DNA of 64,000 nucleotides from Candidatus Phycocordibacter aenigmaticus (GCA_002327585.1 DCWL01000006.1:28302-92301), one strand, 5' to 3'. Shown: positions 1-11,137, counted from the first letter of the stretch. Program-made: numbers and translations. The notes: generated by a model not told the origin, from the letters alone.

Positions 1-77
1 GAGGGATATGTATTTACTCCCTTCTCCCGCATCAGTACCTCCTAAGACAATACACTGGGTGTTGTATAAAGTGTGCA

Positions 78-2999
78 TTAAGTTTTCATTATTTTAAATT
101 TGAAGCTGTATGGTTCAATTTTAATTTCCTCCTCTTCTATCTCAGTAAAATTGATTTCTTTTGCAAGAGTTGCTCTTTTTATTGTCTCTGCAAACTTTTC
201 AATAAATTCTTTCCCTCTATCGTCAGTTTCAATGTCAATATTAATTGAATCCTGCGGAGTAAGTTTCATAACTTTCCTTGCGTTTTGAATTGCGCGTGTC
301 AGTTCGCGTACATCACCTTCATCTTTAAGCTCTTGCGTTAAGTCTGTATCAAGTTTAACTTCATTTTCTATATTTTCATCAAATATAATTTCTTTCACAT
401 TTATTTCATCTTTAATCAACTGCAGTAATTGTTCCTGATTTTTGATTCCTGATTCCTTATTCGCGATGCGAAGCATCGTCAGTGGCTGTCTTACTTTTAT
501 CCCTGCATTTGACCGTGCTTCAAGTCCAAGTGAAGCAATTTTTCTCACCTTTTCCATTTCTTCCAAAACTTTCAACTTTTCACTTTCAACTTTAATCTCA
601 AGTGGCCATATCTCAAGATGTACACTTTCTTTTCCGTCAGCGCCTTTTATTTTCTGATACACCTGCTCTGCAATAAATGGTGTAAACGGGGCCATGAGTT
701 TTGAGAGTTTAAGAAGAATATATCTTGTTGTAGCAAGAGCATTTTCTTTATCCTCCCCCTTAACCTTAAATCTGTCACGGGAGCGTCTGATATACCATTG
801 TGAAAAGTCCGCGATAAACTCTCTGATATCGCGCGCAGGCTCAAGTACATTAAACTCATCCATATTCTTCGTAGAGTCTGCAATAAGTTTGTTCAGTCGC
901 GCAAGAATCCACTGGTCTAAAACATTATCACTGGTTTGTGATTTAGAATTTATGGTTTGTGATTTTTCGTGAGCATATAACTCGTAGAATTTTACGATAT
1001 TATTAAGCAGATTAAATACTTTTTTTACAACTTCATCAACACTTTTCTCGTCAAAATTCTTTGATTCCCCCGGCTGATTGACCGTATACATCCAGAAACG
1101 CAGAGCATCTGAGCCGTATTTATCTATCATCTTCCAAGGGTCAACGGCATTTCCAACCGACTTGGACATTTTTTTACCTTTATTGTCCAGAATATGCCCG
1201 AGAGAAATTACATTTCGATATGCTTTGCCTTTTCCCGAGAGAATTCCTATGGCATGAAGTGTGTAAAACCACCCGCGAGTCTGGTCAATCGCTTCTGAAA
1301 TGAAGTCTGCAGGATAACCTTTACTCTCAACCCACTGTCTATTTTCAAACGGATAATGATCTTGCGCAAACGGCATTGCGCCAGAGTCAAACCATACATC
1401 TATAACTTCTTTCTCGCGTGTCAATTTTTTTCCACCTTCATCTATAAATTCTATTTCATCAATATATGGCTTGTGCAAATCAGGTTCACCATTTTCATTT
1501 TGCGGAAGTGATGCAGAATCTGGAATATATTTTTTTAATTCCTCAATTGAGCCAATAACAATATATTCTTCCGAATTCTCTTTTTTCCAGATTGGAAGTG
1601 GTGTCCCCCAATAACGCTCTCTTGAAATTGCCCAATCCTTGACATCAGAGAGCCATTCGCCAAATCTACCTTCTCTTATATGCTCTGGCACCCAGTTTAT
1701 ACCTTTATTTTCCTTAACCAATTCGTCACGAAGCTCGGACATCCGTATGTACCATGAGTCGCGTGCAAAATAGACTAAAGCGGTCTTGCATCTCCAACAA
1801 TGTGGGTATGTGTGTTTTATTTTTTCTTTTTTGTATAAAAGATTTCTTTTTTCCAAATCTGCAATAATTTCAGAGTCAACTTCACGCACTTTTTTCCCCG
1901 CAAGAAAATCTGTCTCTGAAATAAATTCTCCCGACTCGTTTACAAGATGGTGTTTAGGCAAATTAACTTGAGTCCCAAGTTCAAAGTCATCCGTTCCGTA
2001 CATAACGGCAGTATGCACGATTCCTGTGCCGTCGTCTGTATTAACAAAATCTGCTTTATAAATTTTATATGCATTTGGAAGCTTTTCTTTTTGGTTTTCT
2101 GGAAGTGTATCTTTTAGATATGAATAAAGCGGTTCATATTCAAGACCAATAAGATCTTTTCCTTTTAATTCTTTTTTTATGTTATGGGATATTCCCGATA
2201 TATGCTCCATGCGATTGTGAGCAACTATAAAATTATCTGCTTGTAGTACGTAATCAATATCTTTATGCACAGCAAGTGCAACATTGCCAGGAAGTGTCCA
2301 CGGAGTAGTGGTCCACGCAAGTATGTATGTATTCTTTGGCAAATCGTTCTTTTCAGGATTTTTGACTTTAAATTTTACATAAACTGATTCATCTGTAATT
2401 TCCTCATATCCAAGCGCAAGTTCATGGCTTGAAAGTCCCGTCTCGCATCGCGGACACCACAGCACAACTTTATAATCTTTGTACAAAAGTTTTTGTTCAT
2501 TGACTTTCTTTATAATACTCCATACTGACTCTATATATTCCGGCTCGTATGTAATATATGGATTTTCGTGGTCAAGCCAAAACGCAATTCTCTCTGTGAA
2601 CTTCTTCCACTCATTAATATGTTTCCAAGCACTTTCTTTGCATTTTTTATTAAACTTTTCAATTCCATATTCTTCAATTTCCTTTTTTGATTTAAATCCA
2701 AGCTCTTTTTCAACTTCAAGCTCAATAGGAAGCCCGTGTGTGTCCCAACCAGCTTTTCTGCGCACATGAAAACCTCTCATAGTTTTATATCTCGGAATCA
2801 CATCCTTAAATGCCCTTGATTCCATATGGTGAATCCCTGGCTTGCCGTTTGCCGTTGGCGGTCCTTCATAAAAAACAAATTCTCCCTCTGAGATTTTCTT
2901 TTCATATGATTTTTCAAAAATCTTATTCTCCTCCCAAAACTTTAGGATTTCTTCTTCTTTCTTTGCAATCTCGCTTTTTTGATTATTATCTTTATTCAT
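78..2999 (-). CDS. ileS: isoleucyl-tRNA synthetase
   Basis: 973 aa; PPTANG..H class I motif, KDVIPRYKTMRG (IleRS-type), WCPRC zinc motif, KMSKS present. Confidence 0.8.
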   Translation of the reverse strand: MNKDNNQKSEIAKKEEEILKFWEENKIFEKSYEKKISEGEFVFYEGPPTANGKPGIHHMESRAFKDVIPRYKTMRGFHVRRKAGWDTHGLPIELEVEKELGFKSKKEIEEYGIEKFNKKCKESAWKHINEWKKFTERIAFWLDHENPYITYEPEYIESVWSIIKKVNEQKLLYKDYKVVLWCPRCETGLSSHELALGYEEITDESVYVKFKVKNPEKNDLPKNTYILAWTTTPWTLPGNVALAVHKDIDYVLQADNFIVAHNRMEHISGISHNIKKELKGKDLIGLEYEPLYSYLKDTLPENQKEKLPNAYKIYKADFVNTDDGTGIVHTAVMYGTDDFELGTQVNLPKHHLVNESGEFISETDFLAGKKVREVDSEIIADLEKRNLLYKKEKIKHTYPHCWRCKTALVYFARDSWYIRMSELRDELVKENKGINWVPEHIREGRFGEWLSDVKDWAISRERYWGTPLPIWKKENSEEYIVIGSIEELKKYIPDSASLPQNENGEPDLHKPYIDEIEFIDEGGKKLTREKEVIDVWFDSGAMPFAQDHYPFENRQWVESKGYPADFISEAIDQTRGWFYTLHAIGILSGKGKAYRNVISLGHILDNKGKKMSKSVGNAVDPWKMIDKYGSDALRFWMYTVNQPGESKNFDEKSVDEVVKKVFNLLNNIVKFYELYAHEKSQTINSKSQTSDNVLDQWILARLNKLIADSTKNMDEFNVLEPARDIREFIADFSQWYIRRSRDRFKVKGEDKENALATTRYILLKLSKLMAPFTPFIAEQVYQKIKGADGKESVHLEIWPLEIKVESEKLKVLEEMEKVRKIASLGLEARSNAGIKVRQPLTMLRIANKESGIKNQEQLLQLIKDEINVKEIIFDENIENEVKLDTDLTQELKDEGDVRELTRAIQNARKVMKLTPQDSINIDIETDDRGKEFIEKFAETIKRATLAKEINFTEIEEEEIKIEPYSFKFKIMKT

Positions 3000-3002
3000 A
3001 AT

Positions 3003-4655
3003 TTACATTCTCTCTGGTGCTTTGATTCCCAAAAGCCAGAGACCATTTTTTATTGTGTATGCAAAAGCTTGTGTAAGCGCAACTTTGTATGGCGCAGAGT
3101 CGCTTTCCTCAACTATCCGCTCTTTTGCATAAAAACTATTAAACGCTCCCGCAAGTTCTGTCAGATAAGTTGTGATATAGTGAGGTTCAAACTCTTTCCC
3201 CGCGCGCTCCACAACTTCCGGAAATCTATATAAAAGTTTCTCTAAAATATCAAGATCCAACCTTGATATTTTTGTACTTAGTTTTATATTTTGTTCTTTC
3301 GCTTTTTCTAAAACTGAGTGAGCTCTCGTGTAAGAGTACTGCAAATATGGCCCAGAGTTTCCTTCAAATGAGAGTGATTTGTCAAAATTAAATATAATGT
3401 CTTTTCCTGCTGATTGCTTTAATATTGAGTATTTTACCGCTCCTACGGCAATTTCTTCTGCAATTTCGGGCTTATTTTTAACATCTGAATTCTTCATTTT
3501 TTCAAGCACCTTGACTTTCACTTCATCAATGAGCGATTCTGCTGTAACAATGTCTCCAGTACGCGATGACATTTTTCCACTCGGTAAACGCATCATTCCA
3601 TGAGTTATATGTTTTGTTTTCTCAGCAAGCGTAGGATATATTTGCTTCATAGCTTCTAATATGACTTTAAAATATTCTTTAACTTCATTTCCTGTGATAA
3701 CAACTGATTTATCATAATTAAATCTTTCGCTTTTAATTTTTGCCAAACCTAAATCTTTTGCTTCATATGTAGGTAAACCATCCGAGTTTATAAAAACTCT
3801 TGTATGAAGTCCATACTTTTCTCCTTTGAAGATTATTGCTCCATCGCTTTCTTCAAATATTTTTCCGATATTTTCTTTTACGAGCTTTTGTCCGATTGGC
3901 CCTGTCTCACTTTCAAAAAAATATTCATCAAACTTTGTTCCAAGTTTTCTATAAATCTCTTCAAAGTGTTCAAGTGATATTTTTCTCCCTTTTTCGTAAA
4001 GTGAATTTATTTCATTATCATCTTTTTCGTATATTTTTTTATTTATTTTATTAATTTCTTTTTTATTTTTTTCATAATTTTGCACTCCATATGTATATGC
4101 TTTTCCCCATGTCATTTCAGAATTTTTTTGTTTACCAAATATTGCTTTTGCAACATGAAGCCCTACATCTCCCTGATAGTTTGCTTTTTTAACTTCCGCG
4201 CCGGAGAGTTCAACAATTCGTGAGATTGACTCACCGACTGCATTGCTCATCAGATGCCCAATGTGAAATTCTTTGAAAGGATTGGGGTCTGTGTACTCAA
4301 CAATTGTCTTTTGATTTTTCAAGAGATTATTACTTCCCCATTTTTCTCTTTCTTTTAAGATTTCATTTATACTTTCAGTAAAGAAATCCTGTGATAAATA
4401 AAAATTAATAAAGCCTGCTCCTGCAACTTCTACTTTTTCAACATGGTCTGGCTTATTTTGTACGATATATCTTATGATTTCTTGCGCTAATTCTTTTGGG
4501 GTTTTTTGGGCTTTTTTCGCAAGCACCATAGCGACATTCGTAGAATAATCTCCGTATGCCAAATCCGCAGGATACTCCAAGTGAATTTCACCTGTTTCAA
4601 GAGACATGGCTGAAACTGCGTCTTTTATAGCTTTTTTTAATATCTCCGCAATCAT
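3003..4655 (-). CDS. argS: arginyl-tRNA synthetase
   Basis: 550 aa; N-term DYSTNVAM motif typical of ArgRS, HIGH-like HIGH region, C-terminal anticodon-binding domain. Confidence 0.85.
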   Translation of the reverse strand: MIAEILKKAIKDAVSAMSLETGEIHLEYPADLAYGDYSTNVAMVLAKKAQKTPKELAQEIIRYIVQNKPDHVEKVEVAGAGFINFYLSQDFFTESINEILKEREKWGSNNLLKNQKTIVEYTDPNPFKEFHIGHLMSNAVGESISRIVELSGAEVKKANYQGDVGLHVAKAIFGKQKNSEMTWGKAYTYGVQNYEKNKKEINKINKKIYEKDDNEINSLYEKGRKISLEHFEEIYRKLGTKFDEYFFESETGPIGQKLVKENIGKIFEESDGAIIFKGEKYGLHTRVFINSDGLPTYEAKDLGLAKIKSERFNYDKSVVITGNEVKEYFKVILEAMKQIYPTLAEKTKHITHGMMRLPSGKMSSRTGDIVTAESLIDEVKVKVLEKMKNSDVKNKPEIAEEIAVGAVKYSILKQSAGKDIIFNFDKSLSFEGNSGPYLQYSYTRAHSVLEKAKEQNIKLSTKISRLDLDILEKLLYRFPEVVERAGKEFEPHYITTYLTELAGAFNSFYAKERIVEESDSAPYKVALTQAFAYTIKNGLWLLGIKAPERM

Positions 4656-5930
4656 TTATATTAGTATATCAGGAATAGGGAATTTCTTGGAGAGTTCTTG
4701 GACTTCGTTTATAATTTTCTGCTTTCTACTTTCATCATCTTTATTCTCAAGAGTATCAATCATCAAGTTTGTAATAATCTCACATTCTTTCTCTTTAAAT
4801 CCTCGTGTTGTGACAGCAGGAGAACCGAAGCGAATCCCAGACGGATCCTTCGCTGAACGTTTGTCGTCAGCAATAAGATTTTGATTTACAGTAAGGTCAA
4901 CACTTTCCAGTAATTCTTGCGCAACTTTGCCTGTTATACCGAGTGAGTCGTACACGTCTGCAAGAATCATATGGTTTGATGTTCCTCCTGCAATCATTCG
5001 AATATTTCTTTTCTTCAATACTTTCTCCATTACTTTAGCATTTTTAAGAACCTGTTTAGCATATTCAGCAAATGCAGGCTGAAGTGCTTCTTTAAAACAA
5101 ATTGCTTTTGCAGCAATCATATTCATATGTGGCCCGCCCTGAATGCCGGGAAATATCGCTCTGTCGATTTTCTCCGCCAATTCTTTGCTTTCATGAATTA
5201 AAATCAATCCTCCACGCGGACCGCGGAGAGATTTGTGCGTTGTTGCTGTGATTATGTCGAAGTTTGCATCAAAAGGGTTCGGGAATGCTTTACCTGCAAT
5301 AAGTCCTGCAATGTGTGCTATGTCCACCATTGTGTAAGCTTTGATCTCTTTCGCGATAGAAACAAACTTTTCATAATCAAGTTCTCTGGTATAGGCGGAA
5401 AAGCCAGCAACAATTATTTTTGGTTTATGTTCTAACGCTAGAGAGCGAAGTTCATTGTAATCAATCTCTCCCGTATCAATGTTCTTCATCTTGTAATGTA
5501 CAAATCTATAAATTTTTGAGAGAGAAAATCCAGGATGCCCGTGCGTCAAATGCCCGCCATGCGAGAGGTCCATTGCAAGAATTGTATCTCCTGGCTTAGC
5601 AAGTGCAAAATAGGCGGCAATGTTTGCTGGATCTCCAGAGAGTGCCTGTACATTTGCGTACTTGCAGCCAAAAAGCTTGGTAGCTCTTTCAATCGCAATT
5701 CTCTCAACAGAATCGGCAAATTCCTGCCCCGAATAATAACGCTTTCCTGGATATCCTTCAGAGTATTTGTTGGTAAGGACGGAACCACTTGCTTCCCTTA
5801 CAGCACGCGATACATAGTTCTCAGAGGGAATGAGATTAATAGTCTCCGTTTGCCTTTTCTCCTCGCTAAAAATTGCATCGTAAATTTCTCCATCCTCTTT
5901 TTTTATAAAATTTAAATCTACGTGTTCCAT
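4656..5930 (-). CDS. glyA: serine hydroxymethyltransferase
   Basis: LIPSENYVS..TNKYSEGYPGKRYY motifs, PLP-lysine region TTHKSLRGPRGG; start trimmed to MEHVDLNF. Confidence 0.88.
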   Translation of the reverse strand: MEHVDLNFIKKEDGEIYDAIFSEEKRQTETINLIPSENYVSRAVREASGSVLTNKYSEGYPGKRYYSGQEFADSVERIAIERATKLFGCKYANVQALSGDPANIAAYFALAKPGDTILAMDLSHGGHLTHGHPGFSLSKIYRFVHYKMKNIDTGEIDYNELRSLALEHKPKIIVAGFSAYTRELDYEKFVSIAKEIKAYTMVDIAHIAGLIAGKAFPNPFDANFDIITATTHKSLRGPRGGLILIHESKELAEKIDRAIFPGIQGGPHMNMIAAKAICFKEALQPAFAEYAKQVLKNAKVMEKVLKKRNIRMIAGGTSNHMILADVYDSLGITGKVAQELLESVDLTVNQNLIADDKRSAKDPSGIRFGSPAVTTRGFKEKECEIITNLMIDTLENKDDESRKQKIINEVQELSKKFPIPDILI

Positions 5931-6008
5931 AATGTGCAAGTATAACACGATGGAACAATAAAAAAATCCTCCCAAACTGTACTGTGAGCTTGAGAGGAAA
6001 ATTAAAAT

Positions 6009-6569
6009 TCAAAATAAGTTTCTTGTATCTGCCGCTGTCGGTCCTTTCTGTTTCCGATAAAGTGATTTCTTTCTTTTGTCATATGGTGTTTCGGCAGGAG
6101 AAGATAAGTATTCACAAGCAATCTGACAAATATACATATTGGGATAAATTGCAATAGCTATATTGGATTGATTGCTAATCTCAAGTGTAATATTTCCTTC
6201 AAATCCAGGATCGATAAATCCTGCCGTATGAACTAATATGCCCATTCTAGCGAGTGAACTTTTTCCTTCAACTCTGACGACCATGTCATCAGGAACTTTA
6301 ATCCATTCAACCGTACTGGCAATGACAAAATTGTTCGGGTGTAGTACAAAATGTTCCTTTTTTCTCAACTTAATAGTCTTTGTAAAATCTTTTGGCAATT
6401 TTTCTCTGATGTCCAACAAGCTTTGCTTCTCAGTATTAAATACTTTAAAAACATCGCTTAATTTTAAGTCAATAGAGGCAGGTCCAATCTGGTCAGCCGT
6501 AAGATCGGGATTAAATACAAGCTCTTTTTTTCTTATAGACATCTTTATATCTCTGTCAGATAAAACCAT
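6009..6569 (-). CDS. dcd: dCTP deaminase
   Basis: 186 aa; dUTPase-fold dCTP deaminase-like sequence. Confidence 0.7.
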   Translation of the reverse strand: MVLSDRDIKMSIRKKELVFNPDLTADQIGPASIDLKLSDVFKVFNTEKQSLLDIREKLPKDFTKTIKLRKKEHFVLHPNNFVIASTVEWIKVPDDMVVRVEGKSSLARMGILVHTAGFIDPGFEGNITLEISNQSNIAIAIYPNMYICQIACEYLSSPAETPYDKRKKSLYRKQKGPTAADTRNLF

Positions 6570-6612
6570 TTAAATCCTCCTTTTTCTGAAATATTGAATT
6601 TTAAATAACGAA

Positions 6613-6641
6613 AAACTCCTCATACCTTACGGCATGAGGAG
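6613..6641 (-). terminator. rho-independent terminator (for 6660..7157 gene)
   Basis: ctcctcat..atgaggag 8-bp stem followed by U-run on minus strand. Confidence 0.5.
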
Positions 6642-6659
6642 TCAAAAGTCAAATATATC

Positions 6660-7157
6660 TTAATCTACATTAGATACCAATTCTTCTTCAATATACTTAC
6701 TTTTTTCTAATTCTTTGAATTGCTTTTGGGTTAAAATAACGGCAATCTCATAGACAGTGCTTTTGACTTCTAAACCAGGATAATCTGTTGAATCATATGT
6801 TTCTATCTTTGTGCCCTCATCCTCATAATGATTATGGTAGTTAAGAGAACTGTGAATATTAAGTTTTTCAGTAAATACTCTATGTAGAGCTATTTTCGGA
6901 TTTTCATGGTAATAGATTTTTTCAATCAAATAATTCTTTTTCTCTTGTCCATCAACAGAAATATGTACTGTAGAGTTGTTGTGAAAAACAAATATCCTAA
7001 CCATAGAAATTCCATAGTAAATGTTACTTCCTAAAATAATAAGCTCGCAATCTCCATTATTTATCTCATTAAAAAGATCTTCTATTCCTTTACCAAAACG
7101 ATCAACCGATATCTCAAAACTTGTAAGCAAGCTCCCTAGTACTGAAGTAGTAAACAT
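6660..7157 (-). CDS. hypothetical protein
   Basis: 165 aa ORF, no recognisable motifs. Confidence 0.45.
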   Translation of the reverse strand: MFTTSVLGSLLTSFEISVDRFGKGIEDLFNEINNGDCELIILGSNIYYGISMVRIFVFHNNSTVHISVDGQEKKNYLIEKIYYHENPKIALHRVFTEKLNIHSSLNYHNHYEDEGTKIETYDSTDYPGLEVKSTVYEIAVILTQKQFKELEKSKYIEEELVSNVD

Positions 7158-7270
7158 TCAACACCTACCTTTCTTTCAATAAGTTTCAAAATTTTATTCT
7201 GAGCATATCTTATAACATTCAATACAAAAGTCAATAAAAAACCACGAGTCAAACCCGTGATTTTTATATT

Positions 7271-7696
7271 TTAGATATCCGTCTCAATTCCCATACTTCT
7301 CGCCGTGCCTGCAATGATTTTTGCGCCTTGTTCTGGATCATTTGTGTTCAGGTCGGGAAGTTTTTTTGTGGCAATGTCTATTAGTTGCTTTTTTGTAGCC
7401 TTTCCGACTTTACTTACCAAGTTCTTTCCTGACCCTTTGTCTTTACCCAAGGCTTTCAAAAGCAGGCGTGAAGCAGGAGAAGTTTTTAACACAAAATCAA
7501 AACTCCTGTCTTCATACACGGAAATCTCAACAGGAATTATGTCTTTTCCCATCTCTTTAGTCGCGTCGTTGAACCTAGTTACAAATTCTCCGATATTAAT
7601 CCCCGCTTGCCCGAGCGCGGGGCCTATAGGTGGTGCAGGATTTGCTTTTCCTGCCAGTATTTGAAGTTTTAATTTTTTTTCAATCTTTTTAGCCAT
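7271..7696 (-). CDS. rplK: 50S ribosomal protein L11
   Basis: 141 aa; [20 protein letters not shown] motif. Confidence 0.92.
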   Translation of the reverse strand: MAKKIEKKLKLQILAGKANPAPPIGPALGQAGINIGEFVTRFNDATKEMGKDIIPVEISVYEDRSFDFVLKTSPASRLLLKALGKDKGSGKNLVSKVGKATKKQLIDIATKKLPDLNTNDPEQGAKIIAGTARSMGIETDI

Positions 7697-7719
7697 AATA
7701 CTTTACAATTTAAAAATTT

Positions 7720-8262
7720 TTAAATCTTTTTAACCTGGAGAAAGTCCAGCTCAACTGGTGTTTCTCTTCCAAACATTGATACGAGAACCTTTATCTTACC
7801 CCTATCCTCGTCAACTTCCCCGATCTTCCCTTCAAGCTCCTTGAACGGCCCGTCAATTATAGTGACAGCGTCTCCTGTGGACAGCTCAATCTTATGCTTT
7901 GCGGTATCGGACTGCATTCTCTGAAGAAGCGCATCAAGCTCTTTTTTGGAAAGTGGGACAGGATGAACTCCGGAACCGACAAATCCCGTAACGCGCGGAG
8001 TGTTTCTGACAACGTACCACGAGTCGTCGTCAACAACCATATCAACAAGTACATAGCCGGGATATATTTTATCATTTTCTTCAACACGCTTGCCTGCTTT
8101 TATTTTTATTTTCTTTTCCGTAGGAACAATAACATCAAATATCTTTTCTTCCATGCCAAGAGACTCAATACGCTGCTTTAGGTTGCGAGCAACCGCATTT
8201 TCATATCCGGAATATGTGTGGATTGCGTACCAGTTTCTTTTTTGAGCAGTATCTTGCTTCAT
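7720..8262 (-). CDS. nusG: transcription termination/antitermination factor NusG
   Basis: 180 aa; NGN domain [12 protein letters not shown]-terminal KOW. Confidence 0.88.
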   Translation of the reverse strand: MKQDTAQKRNWYAIHTYSGYENAVARNLKQRIESLGMEEKIFDVIVPTEKKIKIKAGKRVEENDKIYPGYVLVDMVVDDDSWYVVRNTPRVTGFVGSGVHPVPLSKKELDALLQRMQSDTAKHKIELSTGDAVTIIDGPFKELEGKIGEVDEDRGKIKVLVSMFGRETPVELDFLQVKKI

Positions 8263-8264
8263 AA

Positions 8265-8444
8265 TTAAATTACAAAGTTCTCAAGTAAAAATGTAAATAT
8301 AAAATCAAAGAGCCCAAGAAAAGCTGCTGTGAAGAGTGAGATAGCTATAACAAGTATTGTGAATATAAAGGCCTGCCGCCTTGTCGGCCAGCTGACATGT
8401 TTGAGTTCTCCTTTTGTATCTTTAATATAATTTATTAGTCTCAT
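8265..8444 (-). CDS. secE: preprotein translocase subunit SecE
   Basis: 59-aa ORF (below ORF-track cutoff) [32 protein letters not shown].. single TM; canonical position upstream of nusG. Confidence 0.7.
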   Translation of the reverse strand: MRLINYIKDTKGELKHVSWPTRRQAFIFTILVIAISLFTAAFLGLFDFIFTFLLENFVI

Positions 8445-8450
8445 GATTTT

Positions 8451-8476
8451 TTATTAAAAAACACCCTGCGGGTGTT
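8451..8476 (-). terminator. rho-independent terminator
   Basis: acaccctgcgggtgt hairpin plus U-run on minus strand, downstream of 8554..8775 gene. Confidence 0.5.
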
Positions 8477-8553
8477 ATGTATATACTACTTATTTTAAAA
8501 ATATAGTCAAGAACGTGGCCAATGTCCGAGGACATTGGCCTTAGATAGCTTAG

Positions 8554-8775
8554 TTAAACTGTGACTTCATATCTTAAAAGATGTTGTTTTACCCCCTCTT
8601 CTGTCAGAGGAAGACCATCATCAATCAGTTCTTTAATAAACTCATCTGTAAAGTCGGCAACTATATCGGTGCTACATCCATGCTTGATAGCCGTCTTTGT
8701 AAACTTTCTGAATGTATCTCTCTCAACCTCAATTGATTTAAATCCATCACCAATACGGCCAATCAAATTAGGCAT
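8554..8775 (-). CDS. hypothetical protein
   Basis: 73 aa ORF. Confidence 0.4.
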   Translation of the reverse strand: MPNLIGRIGDGFKSIEVERDTFRKFTKTAIKHGCSTDIVADFTDEFIKELIDDGLPLTEEGVKQHLLRYEVTV

Positions 8776-8823
8776 AATTCATCTCCTTAAAAAGGTTTCT
8801 TGAAATCTGTATCTAGTATACCA

Positions 8824-9642
8824 TTATCTGATTTCATATACAATACTTACATTAGATGTAATTTTATTCTCCCCAACTGGAATTTCAGGCGCTCCTCCGT
8901 CTACTGAATCAAGTGCAGCAATTTCTTTAAATGCAAATCTCGGAGAAAACGGCCTGCCTGATTCAGAAAAACTAACTATGCGCACCAATTTTACATCAAG
9001 ATCTTTTGCAAGTTGTTTTGCTTTTTTTTGTGCATCTTCAATTGCCTTTTTTCGTGCTTCGGCAAACAAATCCTCTTCATCGTCAATTGTAAACTCTAAG
9101 CCACTTACATTAGTCGCTCCGCGCTCACCGATGCCGGAGAGAACATTTCCTGCTTCCTGTGTATCGCGTACTTTAACAGATACACTCTGGTTTACTTCAA
9201 ATCCTTTAAGCACCCTCTCGCCCCCCGGAGGGCAGATACCGTCTGTACAATTTTTATTTATAAACTCGTATCTTGGATAAACATTATATCCTGTTGTTTT
9301 TATATCAGTTTTCTTAATATCGTTTTTTTCAAGAAATGCAAAGATGCTTTTGATTCTCTGCGTTGCAATCTTCTGCGCGTCAGCAACCGTCTTCTTTTCT
9401 TCTACAACAGAAAAAGAAAACTCCACAATGTCAGGAACTGCAAAAACTTCTCCTTCTCCAGAGACAGTAATTGTGTTTGTTGCCGATATTCCACCGCCAA
9501 TAAACTTGTATTCCTTTATTGTGTTGACTGTTTTTACAATAAGAAACACCGCAAGAATAAGCAGAACAATCCCGAGTATTCTCCCCGCTCGTCCGCTCCC
9601 AAGACCGCAGCAATGTCCGTGTGAGTTGTGATTATCATCCAT
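8824..9642 (-). CDS. SIMPL (DUF541) domain membrane-anchored protein
   Basis: 272 aa; N-terminal His/Cys-rich tail then TM helix; SIMPL-like body. Confidence 0.6.
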   Translation of the reverse strand: MDDNHNSHGHCCGLGSGRAGRILGIVLLILAVFLIVKTVNTIKEYKFIGGGISATNTITVSGEGEVFAVPDIVEFSFSVVEEKKTVADAQKIATQRIKSIFAFLEKNDIKKTDIKTTGYNVYPRYEFINKNCTDGICPPGGERVLKGFEVNQSVSVKVRDTQEAGNVLSGIGERGATNVSGLEFTIDDEEDLFAEARKKAIEDAQKKAKQLAKDLDVKLVRIVSFSESGRPFSPRFAFKEIAALDSVDGGAPEIPVGENKITSNVSIVYEIR

Positions 9643-9677
9643 AATTTATTAATCTATTTTATGTTATTATCTATAAT

Positions 9678-10454
9678 ATGGCAAATATTACCATATACGC
9701 ATTTGGAAGTGTTATTATAGTGAGCCTGATATCTCTTATAGGGATATTTACACTTGGTTTAAACCAGAAATTTCTCAAAAAAAGTATCTTTCTGCTTGTA
9801 AGTCTCTCTGTTGGAGCACTCTTTGGAGACGCAATAATTCATCTTATCCCTCAAGCATTCAGCGAAATCGGAAATACTGCTACTGCGTCACTATTTATCC
9901 TTATAGGGATTATGCTCTTTTTTGTACTTGAAAAATTCATAAGGTGGCATCATTTACACGAGCATGATTGTGAAGATGATGAATGCCGTATGAAACAGAA
10001 TAATAAAACACATCCAATGGGCGCTCTCATTCTTGCTTCAGATGCCATACATAATATGATAGATGGGGTGATTATAGGTGTAAGTTATTTGATAAGTATT
10101 GAATTAGGCATAGCAACAACAATTGCCATAATCTTACATGAAATACCCCAGGAAATAGGCCACGTTGCAATCCTGCTGCATTCTGGATATACAAAAATTA
10201 AAGCTCTTTTGTTGAATTTCGTATCTTCGCTTTTTGCAATTGCCGGCACTGCCTTGGTATTTGTATTCGGCTCATTAATTGAATCTCTAGTGCCGATAGC
10301 TATTTCCTTTGCAGCCGGCGGATTTCTCTACATTGCAGGTTCTGACTTAGTACCAGAACTTCATAGGACATCTGATATTAAAAAATCTCTTCAGCAGTTT
10401 ATCGCTATCGTAATAGGTATTGCAATAATGTTTGCACTCTTGGTTTTCAATTAA
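9678..10454 (+). CDS. ZIP family metal (zinc) transporter
   Basis: 258 aa; HEIPQEIGHVAILLHSGY signature, His-rich loop, multiple TM. Confidence 0.8.
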   Translation: MANITIYAFGSVIIVSLISLIGIFTLGLNQKFLKKSIFLLVSLSVGALFGDAIIHLIPQAFSEIGNTATASLFILIGIMLFFVLEKFIRWHHLHEHDCEDDECRMKQNNKTHPMGALILASDAIHNMIDGVIIGVSYLISIELGIATTIAIILHEIPQEIGHVAILLHSGYTKIKALLLNFVSSLFAIAGTALVFVFGSLIESLVPIAISFAAGGFLYIAGSDLVPELHRTSDIKKSLQQFIAIVIGIAIMFALLVFN

Positions 10455-10585
10455 GCGATTGTGTAGAGATTATTCTGAATCGGCGATGCGGCGCCACCAG
10501 AACCTATTTTGAGAATATATTGGTTACCCTTTCTCTCTTGCTAGGAGATGTAAAATCTATTTTTATAGTTTAGCGATTTTTAAAG

Positions 10586-11137
10586 TTATTTTATCCTTCT
10601 TCTATAAAAATCTGCTAGAAATATATTTTTTGTGAACGTACCAGCTGGTAGACCTACTAAAACTATCCACATGATAAAAAATATTAACCCTAACAATATA
10701 CTTTTTAGTAAAACCATAATATAATCTCCCAAATTATTAAAAACATATTTCATTATTCTAAATTCAAAAAAGGAATTGACTGTCATTTTATTTATAAAAT
10801 TTATGGATAATATGGGGATTATAAAGAGCTCAAAAAAAATACGAGATGCTTCTAGCCAGGGATGTATTCTTGAAAGAATAATAATAAGCAGTATATACAT
10901 TAATATAAAAGGAATAGATTTTAAGAACATAAAAAATCCTAGTTTTAAATCATTTTTAAATTCAAGAATTGGTAATTTTTTAAATCTTCCTTTACTAAAT
11001 TCTTGAACAATTCTGATGCCATACCCACTTAAAGTAAACCAGCCAATGATTGGTAAGAATAACCATAAGATATTCCACATTCCCTTTGCTCTATTAAAAG
11101 GATATTTGAAAGCGGTTTTAAAATTTAATTCAGTCAT
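10586..11137 (-). CDS. hypothetical polytopic membrane protein
   Basis: 183 aa, several hydrophobic helices; flanked by ~40-bp direct repeats. Confidence 0.5.
   Translation of the reverse strand: MTELNFKTAFKYPFNRAKGMWNILWLFLPIIGWFTLSGYGIRIVQEFSKGRFKKLPILEFKNDLKLGFFMFLKSIPFILMYILLIIILSRIHPWLEASRIFFELFIIPILSINFINKMTVNSFFEFRIMKYVFNNLGDYIMVLLKSILLGLIFFIMWIVLVGLPAGTFTKNIFLADFYRRRIK

Noticed and set aside
100-2769. Multiple 60-126 aa ORFs antisense to or overlapping ileS, argS, glyA, polA, pilB, PBP and others (e.g. 100..288, 442..657, 694..972, 36085..36614, 42637..43281, 60883..61705)
   Set aside because: Embedded in or antisense to long conserved genes, low-complexity translations; typical shadow ORFs of AT-rich DNA.
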